Part shown: positions 1 through 5,501 of the stretch, piece by piece | Numbering within the stretch: position 1 is the first letter of the stretch | Layout of the letters: every line of letters begins with the position of its first letter | Origin: a bacterium | GTDB lineage: Bacteria; Hydrothermota; 32-111 | Assembly (NCBI GenBank): GCA_050239825.1 | Contig: JBFXGO010000011.1 | Span: forward strand, 32,277-51,519 | DNA length: 19,243 bases | Reading direction: 5' to 3' | Position numbers and translations under genes: made by a program | The notes under the pieces: model-generated | Told to the model about the DNA's origin: nothing | Database searches by the model: none | What the model saw: only the letters and a program-made list of their open reading frames with translations

Positions 1-125
1 AAACCGCCCCAAGAAGCGGTCATGCAGTTTATCCTCTCAAGATTTCCCGCAGAGACAAGCATCCAGCTTTTTCCAATGAGATTGAAGGAATTGTCTTTGA
101 TTTCACTCGGGCTTATTCTTTTCAT
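1..125 (-). CDS. Flavin reductase-like FMN-binding protein (flavoredoxin-like), 5' part; runs off the window
   Basis: Not in the ORF track. Hand translation from ATG at 125: MKRISPSEIKDNSFNLIGKSWMLVSAGNLERINCMTASWGG, matching the 'IGKxWML(I/V)TAG...NxMTASWGG' start of Flavin_Reduct proteins. SD AAGGAG lies just upstream. Confidence 0.85.
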   Translation of the reverse strand, partial: MKRISPSEIKDNSFNLIGKSWMLVSAGNLERINCMTASWGG

Positions 126-180
126 TTTTCTCCTTTTTAAAGACAATTATAATGCCTTAAAGAAAAAAGGCAACCAGTTA

Positions 181-518
181 GATAATGGCTCTCTTGACAA
201 GACACAAGATTTTGATAAATTGTGTTTATTTTTAAGCTGTTTGAACATTTGTAATACCTCCATAAACTTCAGATGGAGTTTTGTATCCTAATGATTGATG
301 CTCTCTTTTATCGTTATAGTAATCAAAGTAATCTTTAACCCCTCTCTTAGCTCTTTAATCGTATCAAACCTCCAGATGTAAGCATGCTCATATTTAACTG
401 TTCTCCACAACCGCTCTATGAAGATATTATCCACAGCACGACCCTTGCCGTCCATGCTTATCCTTATCTTCTTATCTTCAAGTATCTTTGTAAAGTCATC
501 TGCCGGCTTACCAGCATA
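181..518 (-). mobile_element. IS3-family remnant: truncated, frameshifted transposase OrfB C-terminus plus probable right end
   Basis: Hand translation gives YAGKP|ADDFTKILEDKKIRISMDGKGRAVDNIFIERLWRTVKYEHAYIWRFDTIKELREGL, then after a 1-nt frameshift at ~334-337 DYFDYYNDKREHQSLGYKTPSEVY...*, with the stop at 232-234. ISMDGKGRAxDNIFIERLWRTVKYE and YN..R.HQSLGY.TP are IS3 DDE motifs. An IR-like sequence GATAATGGCTCTCTTGACAAGACAC starts at 181. Confidence 0.88.
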
Positions 519-628
519 CTATTTCACCAGACCACTGTTTTTATTGCTCACGGCGTCTTGTCAACTCGCAACTGTTTTTACTCTCTTGACTTTACAAGTT
601 TACAACACCCAACCCTAAATGATTTTTA

Positions 629-907
629 CTAATTGCGAGACGGGAGCTTTTTGTAAATGTCTTTGCGATGACGGATTATGAGTATCAAAACTTCTTTCTC
701 TTCTTCAAAAATCTTATAGACAATTCTGTAGTCGCCAAAACGCACTTTTAACAGTCCTTTCAGGGAATACCTCAATGGTTTTCCATAAAGAATCGGATTA
801 TCAGCCAACTTTTCTTCAATCACAGATACTATTTTGGCAATTGTCTGTTTAGGTATTGATTTGATGTCAGATTTGATTTCGGGATGGTATAAAATAATAT
901 ATTTCAT
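629..907 (-). CDS. Type II toxin, RelE/ParE family
   Basis: 92 aa, basic. Motifs GKPLRYSLKGLLKVRFGDYRIVY and ILIIRHRKDIY. Directly downstream of a small antitoxin-like ORF. Confidence 0.92.
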   Translation of the reverse strand: MKYIILYHPEIKSDIKSIPKQTIAKIVSVIEEKLADNPILYGKPLRYSLKGLLKVRFGDYRIVYKIFEEEKEVLILIIRHRKDIYKKLPSRN

Positions 908-1135
908 CTATTTGAGAATGTCTTCTTTCTTTAGAGCATTTTTCCTGCTGTATTTGGAAAGTCTCTTTTCCGCTACCATCATTAGATTCATGTCCTCCGC
1001 ATTTTCAAGCGCCGATTCTATCAACTGTCTCACTTTTTCGGAGAGGGAGACATTTTCAAGCTCAGCCAGATGTTCTATCAATTCATACTTTTCTTTTGAA
1101 AATTGGACATTGATTCTCTGTGTTTCTGTTTTCAT
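908..1135 (-). CDS. Type II antitoxin (ribbon-helix-helix-like N-terminus)
   Basis: 75 aa. RINVQF beta-strand then helices (LAELENVSLSEKVRQLIE), acidic 'ENAEDMNL' segment. Its stop abuts the toxin ATG with a 0-nt gap; SD GGAGGT upstream. Confidence 0.85.
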   Translation of the reverse strand: MKTETQRINVQFSKEKYELIEHLAELENVSLSEKVRQLIESALENAEDMNLMMVAEKRLSKYSRKNALKKEDILK

Positions 1136-1155
1136 TTTTTATTACCTCCATCAAT

Positions 1156-1184
1156 AGTGTAACAAATCTGTAACAGAAAGTCAA
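1156..1184 (-). promoter_or_regulatory. Sigma70 promoter of the TA operon overlapped by a repeated TGTTACA operator
   Basis: Minus strand TTGACT(1184-1179)-N17-TACACT(1161-1156) with an extended TG. TGTAACA occurs at 1158-1164 and 1169-1175. Confidence 0.7.
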
Positions 1185-1322
1185 GACAATCAAGTAACAC
1201 ATTTCTACAGTGAAGCATCTATCATTCTCGTCATCGTATACCAAAGACATCATATATAAACTACTTTGTTCTGGCAGAATGGGACATTGTCAAAGAAAAA
1301 CTATCAAATTAGCGGTTGACTT

Positions 1323-1436
1323 TTATTTTGCCAATAACCTCTGGTTTCTATCACCAATTAATCCCCTCGAAATCAATAAATCGGCTTGTTCCTCATATTT
1401 AAGCGGTGTTTTAGAATATCTGATTTTATTATTCAA
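1323..1436 (-). pseudogene. Truncated Abi-family (Abi_2, AbiD/AbiF-like) gene, N-terminal 37 codons only
   Basis: SD GAGGAG plus TTG start. MNNKIRYSKTPLKYEEQADLLISRGLIGDRNQRLLAK* matches the 'YxKxxLxYEEQADLLxSRGL' N-terminus of Abi_2 proteins. It stops before the expected YYRL motif. Confidence 0.75.
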
Positions 1437-1448
1437 ATTCTCCTCTAT

Positions 1449-1503
1449 AAAAAATCCACCGGTTCGCATTTCAAGAAAAATTCTTGATAGAGGCGCGGTG
1501 GAT
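1449..1503 (-). ncRNA. Candidate structured RNA / terminator leader upstream of the Abi gene (abiF-type RNA antitoxin candidate)
   Basis: Nested stems ATCCACCG(1454-1461)/CGGTGGAT(1496-1503), CGC/GCG and TCAAGAA(1471-1477)/TTCTTGA(1481-1487), followed on the minus strand by a U6 tract. It starts ~6 nt after a candidate -10. Confidence 0.55.
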
Positions 1504-1508
1504 AATCT

Positions 1509-1536
1509 ACAATAGATATAAATTTAAAAATGTCAA
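1509..1536 (-). promoter_or_regulatory. Candidate sigma70 promoter for the hairpin RNA and Abi gene
   Basis: Minus strand TTGACA(1536-1531)-N16-TATTGT(1514-1509). Confidence 0.5.
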
Positions 1537-1560
1537 TAGTAAAATCTCATCCATCTTATC

Positions 1561-1699
1561 CTCCTATTTTTCTAAATTCTACCCCCTCAATCTCCTTTTG
1601 TCAACATTCTACTTGTATCTGTTTTGTACTCTACGCTTTCGACTCTCAACTCTCAACCATCAACTATAAACCATTAACTGTCTTTTTCTTCCTCACGGC
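1561..1699. repeat. ~140-bp direct repeat, copy 1 (minus-strand promoter plus heptamer tract)
   Basis: Matches 2184-2322; 1630-1699 is identical to 2253-2322 over 70 bp. Contains minus-strand TTGACA(1604-1599)-N17-TAGAAT(1581-1576). Confidence 0.92.
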
Positions 1700-1763
1700 G
1701 TCTTTCTGTGTCGCTTAAAAGTATTGACAAAACCTATCGTCCCTACCAACCCCACCTATCCTT

Positions 1764-2180
1764 TTAATCGTCGTATCCGATATCTGTTTCCGGAATCGTA
1801 TCACAAACCATTGTTTGTATCTCATATTCAAACCATTCTTGAAATTCTTTCCACGACCTGTTTTTGGGCCACATATCCGGATCCGTATACCAACCACCAA
1901 GTTCATTGTTAAAAATTTCAATGCAATGCTTTTTCAGAAATTTTTCGTATTTCTCATTATCATCATACAATGGAATCAAGTAAACTTGCTTTGAATCCAT
2001 TCCTTCGGTATCTATAATCTCCAGTTTAATTTGATTCTCAGGTTTTTCATATTCCCTGCTTGTTTTGAAGAGCCAGTCAATGAATGGTTTCTTCGGCTTT
2101 ACAATCAAAGCCGCACGATCGATTCCGGGAAAAGGTTCCAGTCTTGGCAATAATTCATTATGTTTCTCTGTTTTCAACAT
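1764..2180 (-). CDS. Conserved hypothetical protein (DRxAxxxKPKxPFxDW...ELxxWxxDxxxWPxxR type)
   Basis: ORF 1764-2189 in the track. The better start is ATG at 2180 after GGAGGT. Trp-rich, conserved-looking motifs, with its own promoter in repeat copy 2. Confidence 0.8.
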   Translation of the reverse strand: MLKTEKHNELLPRLEPFPGIDRAALIVKPKKPFIDWLFKTSREYEKPENQIKLEIIDTEGMDSKQVYLIPLYDDNEKYEKFLKKHCIEIFNNELGGWYTDPDMWPKNRSWKEFQEWFEYEIQTMVCDTIPETDIGYDD

Positions 2181-2183
2181 TAC

Positions 2184-2322
2184 CTCCAAATTTTCTATAT
2201 TCTACCCCTTCAATCTTCCTTTGTCAACATTGCTCCTTTATTGTATTCTTTTTCTACGCTTTCGACTCTCAACTCTCAACCATCAACTATAAACCATTAA
2301 CTGTCTTTTTCTTCCTCACGGC
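2184..2322. repeat. ~140-bp direct repeat, copy 2
   Basis: Minus-strand TTGACA(2227-2222)-N17-TAGAAT(2204-2199). Heptamer tract ACTCTCA ACTCTCA ACCATCA ACTATAA ACCATTA at 2265-2299. Confidence 0.92.
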
Positions 2323-2400
2323 TCATGGCACATGGCTCACGGCTTTTTTGTCTTGCCTACGGCTCACGGTGCGTCTTCGCCTCACTGGCACACTAAGTCC

Positions 2401-2450
2401 GTCATGCCGAACTACACAATTGTTATCTCTACAGTAAAGCATCTATCAGT
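2401..2450. repeat. REP-like palindromic element GTCATGCCGAAC-N21-GTAAAGCATCTATCAGT
   Basis: Same frame as 18805-18854. Its 3' 21 bp match 1204-1224 at 20/21. Confidence 0.6.
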
Positions 2451-2486
2451 AAAAAATAGTGTTCTTTATAACCACCGTTTATGAAA

Positions 2487-3623
2487 TTATTTTACCAAAT
2501 ATATCCCATAAGAAAGGCGGGAAACATCTTTTATTTGCTTGCCTGTGATGTCATATACTTCACACTCTTTCATCTGCTCCCTTAATTCTCTCTGCCCTAA
2601 ATATAAAACTTTTTTAATTTTATCTTCAATTCCCCTTAATTTTTTAACTTTGAATTTTTGTTCATTCAAAACTTTTCCATTATTCCCTATTGCTTGAATT
2701 GAATAGTCATAACTCCCATTTGGAACAACATCTTTATATTGAGATTTTTCAGTAAAACTAATTAACTTAAAATCTCCCTGATTATTATCTTTTCTTAAAA
2801 TCTTATATCCTAAAGCATTATCATTTTCATAATTCATTATAACTGTATCTCCTTTGATGCTATAATTATAAGAAAATTGATTAAGAGCGGTTGTTTCGGT
2901 TTTACTTCCCTTGTAAATCACACTATCTTCAACAGTAGCCATTCCATGTTTTAATGTATCAATAGGAATTTTAAATTCATCATAATATTCTGTATTCCCT
3001 ATTGTTTTATATAATTCAATAATTACAGTATCTCCAAGATTCCAAGTAGAATCTTGTTTTTCTAAATTAATATAAACTTGTGGATAAATATCAGAAGTAT
3101 CTACTAATGTAGAATCACCTCCAGTAGATTGCAACCAAAGATTGACATAATTAATCTTTTGATTTGGATTTTTTTGCAACCAAGCTCTTGCCCTTAATGT
3201 ATCTTCTAATCCTGATTCATCTTTTACCTTAAGTATATTTATTGCCTGGCTAACAACATTTTTATCTGGGTCATCTAAAAATACTGTTGGAAGAATAATA
3301 GTACCGTTATCACAAAGATGTCTTGTATGTGTGGAATATGTTTTTCCACCATCAATCTTTTCAGCACTCATTTTTATTGTATCCCCTGCACTGGGTGGGG
3401 GAGTAAAAGAACCAGTATTTATTCCGTCATAATACCCCGAACTATCAATAGTTTTTGTTTGTGTTCCAGAACTTCCATCATTAATTGTAAATTTAGCAGT
3501 CGCATTCTCAGATGATAAATTATTATAAGCACCATAAATATTCCCACTTATAACTCCAGAATTTAGATTAACAAATCCTAAATATGCCCCTAATAACATT
3601 AAAGATTTTTTCCAATTTTTCAT
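2487..3623 (-). CDS. Secreted/surface beta-rich protein with signal peptide, FN3-like segment and (truncated) T9SS-CTD-like C-terminus; copy 1
   Basis: 378 aa. Signal peptide MKNWKKSLMLLGAYLGF, FN3-like 'GYKILRK...YKD...YDYSIQA', C-terminal 'GIE...VYDITGKQI...LSYGIYLVK'. Paralogue of 5502-6767. Confidence 0.8.
   Translation of the reverse strand: MKNWKKSLMLLGAYLGFVNLNSGVISGNIYGAYNNLSSENATAKFTINDGSSGTQTKTIDSSGYYDGINTGSFTPPPSAGDTIKMSAEKIDGGKTYSTHTRHLCDNGTIILPTVFLDDPDKNVVSQAINILKVKDESGLEDTLRARAWLQKNPNQKINYVNLWLQSTGGDSTLVDTSDIYPQVYINLEKQDSTWNLGDTVIIELYKTIGNTEYYDEFKIPIDTLKHGMATVEDSVIYKGSKTETTALNQFSYNYSIKGDTVIMNYENDNALGYKILRKDNNQGDFKLISFTEKSQYKDVVPNGSYDYSIQAIGNNGKVLNEQKFKVKKLRGIEDKIKKVLYLGQRELREQMKECEVYDITGKQIKDVSRLSYGIYLVK
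2491..3620. repeat. 1.13-kb direct repeat copy 1 (other copy 5515-6641)
   Basis: Colinear from TTTACCAAATATATCCC to TTCCAATTTTT. Lengths 1130 vs 1127 bp (one codon indel). Confidence 0.97.
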
Positions 3624-3644
3624 ATATTACTTACACCAAAATGA

Positions 3645-3658
3645 TTTATAAACCTTTT
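3645..3658 (-). promoter_or_regulatory. Archaeal-style BRE/TATA box candidate upstream of copy 1
   Basis: Minus strand AAAAGG-TTTATAAA, then 21 nt to the ATG at 3623, with no SD sequence. Confidence 0.45.
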
Positions 3659-3673
3659 ATTTTTCATATATAA

Positions 3674-4705
3674 TCAACTCTCTCCTTTTGCATAGTACCA
3701 GTATGCGTAGGCATCAGGGTTCACTCTTTTCAATCTCTCCAGTATTTTATATTTATCATTCAATCTCGCGTTCTTTATTTCGCTCGTTTCATAACCTTTA
3801 CGTATTGCCTTTTTCTTAGAATCGGAAATCATTTCAAGCACATAAACTACCTGACTGAAAATCACTTTTATTTCATCAACAGAATACTTGTTGAGGAGAT
3901 GATTCCCCAGCATTTTCAATCCCATGTTTATCATTTTAGTGTCAGACGAAATACTACTCATTGATTTCAACGAATATGCGCAATAATTCATTGCAAGATT
4001 TTCAAGGTCTTTTTTTACATCAACTATAGCGAAATTTTCCTTCTGAAACAGGTTTTCGCTTATTACAATCCTATTGAAACTCTCTCTTAAATCCTTTACA
4101 TCCTCTATCTCCTTAAACAATATCCCCAAATCTATTAACTGCTTGCAGTATTCCATCTCTTTTTGGTTATTATAATCTATGCCGAGGGTCTTTGCGGAAA
4201 TTGCTACAAGCTTGTCCGCATAGAGTCCTTCCGCAGTAGGCACATTCACAAAACCCTTCAGTCCTTTAACTATTTCACACTTTTCAAGGTCTTTCTTCTC
4301 CAGCTTGTAGTATGGATTATTCATAAAAACAGCATCCAAGAGAACATATTGATCTTTTTTTCCAAACTCCGAATCATAATAAAACTTAAAATGCATCTTG
4401 TCCAAAAGACTCTGCCTCCTATTTTCCTCAACACTCTTAAAAAATTTTGATTTACCTGAAAGCATCGCCAATTTTTCACTTAACCCCGACTCTTCCTTTT
4501 TATCAAGAATTATGTCAATGTCTATTGAAAGGCGCTCGAGTTTCCCCGTTCTCAATAAAACCGATGTTCCTCCCTTGAATATCATTTCCGGAAAATATCT
4601 CACAACCTCAGATAACAGGGTAACTGCCTTTATTGTCTTCTCAAATAACTCCTTATCCCTGAAACCATATAGATTATTTGATTCTTTTAAGTTGCTATCT
4701 TTCAT
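3674..4705 (-). CDS. AbiEii/AbiGii-family nucleotidyltransferase toxin (type IV TA)
   Basis: Motifs IFKGGTSVLL...RLSIDIDI, 'LYADKLVA' and 'KQLIDLG'. The track start is 4753; ATG at 4705, overlapping the antitoxin stop by 11 nt, is more plausible. Confidence 0.9.
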   Translation of the reverse strand: MKDSNLKESNNLYGFRDKELFEKTIKAVTLLSEVVRYFPEMIFKGGTSVLLRTGKLERLSIDIDIILDKKEESGLSEKLAMLSGKSKFFKSVEENRRQSLLDKMHFKFYYDSEFGKKDQYVLLDAVFMNNPYYKLEKKDLEKCEIVKGLKGFVNVPTAEGLYADKLVAISAKTLGIDYNNQKEMEYCKQLIDLGILFKEIEDVKDLRESFNRIVISENLFQKENFAIVDVKKDLENLAMNYCAYSLKSMSSISSDTKMINMGLKMLGNHLLNKYSVDEIKVIFSQVVYVLEMISDSKKKAIRKGYETSEIKNARLNDKYKILERLKRVNPDAYAYWYYAKGES

Positions 4706-5462
4706 GATTTGTCTGCTTGGTATCCTTTGGCGATTTATTCGACTTTTCGCCATTGATGACTGGGCGAAATATTCCTCTTTGCATTATTTGTCTTAAATAC
4801 TTAGTATAATTCTTTTTCCTTCTTAAATAAGAAATCAAATCCCCGTATCTCACCTTATATCTCTTTTCATACTCCCTGCACATCTCCCAATAATCCTCTC
4901 TCGTCATATAACCGTATCTTTCTATATCTTTATCAATGTCTATAATCAGTTTCTCCATCCTCGGCCTGTTTCCTGTGATAGGCGCCCTCTCTATTAAAAC
5001 TCGTAATATAACCGGTTTAGATGAAAGTCTTACTTCCTCATAGTATTTCTTTCCCTTCTTCCCCACAACCGCTTCCCTGTAATTCCTATGAATCCATTCA
5101 TAAACCGGAAGCACTGCGTCTTTCTCTGTCTCTATTATTGTAACCCCTTTTGTCTGTGTATGTTCGTAAAATTCTTGAAGTTCAAGTGTGTTCCAAACCA
5201 TGAATCTTATCTCGGGAAATTTTTTCTTTATTAATTTTATTATCGCTTTCGTCCTACTGCAGGGTATTATTTCATACTCTTCTCTCTTGTTTGAATAATA
5301 TCCTCTTCCGGCATCAAATACCCTCTTTAATCTCTTCAAATCGCCAATGTATTTCTTTGCAAGAGTTCCTTTTATATCACAACTTGATTCTATTTGCCGC
5401 AAGCTTGCATATCCGCTCAATCCTATCTGCCTTATCAGACAATCTTTCTTGGTTTCTTTCAT
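4695..5462 (-). CDS. Putative AbiEi-like antitoxin/transcription regulator (DUF6577-like)
   Basis: 255 aa. N-terminal wHTH-like region ending 'GRGYYS', plus 'VWNT...FYEH...IIETEKDA' and 'PRMEKLIIDI'. Directly upstream of and overlapping the AbiEii gene. Confidence 0.78.
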   Translation of the reverse strand: MKETKKDCLIRQIGLSGYASLRQIESSCDIKGTLAKKYIGDLKRLKRVFDAGRGYYSNKREEYEIIPCSRTKAIIKLIKKKFPEIRFMVWNTLELQEFYEHTQTKGVTIIETEKDAVLPVYEWIHRNYREAVVGKKGKKYYEEVRLSSKPVILRVLIERAPITGNRPRMEKLIIDIDKDIERYGYMTREDYWEMCREYEKRYKVRYGDLISYLRRKKNYTKYLRQIMQRGIFRPVINGEKSNKSPKDTKQTNHER

Positions 5463-5468
5463 ACTTTC

Positions 5469-5496
5469 ATTATATCAAATGCCTCTTTTTTTGCAA
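5469..5496 (-). promoter_or_regulatory. Sigma70 promoter giving a probably leaderless antitoxin mRNA
   Basis: Minus strand TTGCAA(5496-5491)-N16-TATAAT(5474-5469) with an extended TG. The ATG follows 6 nt later with no SD. Confidence 0.65.
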
Positions 5497-5501
5497 CTGC
5501 T

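Noticed and set aside
22..632. Plus-strand ORFs 22-291, 384-632 and 418-618
   Set aside because: Antisense shadows of the flavin reductase gene and the IS3 remnant.
1210..2437. Plus-strand ORFs with repeated 'RFRLSTLNHQL'/'AFDSQLSTINYKP' peptides
   Set aside because: They arise from the duplicated non-coding heptamer tract and from antisense to real genes.
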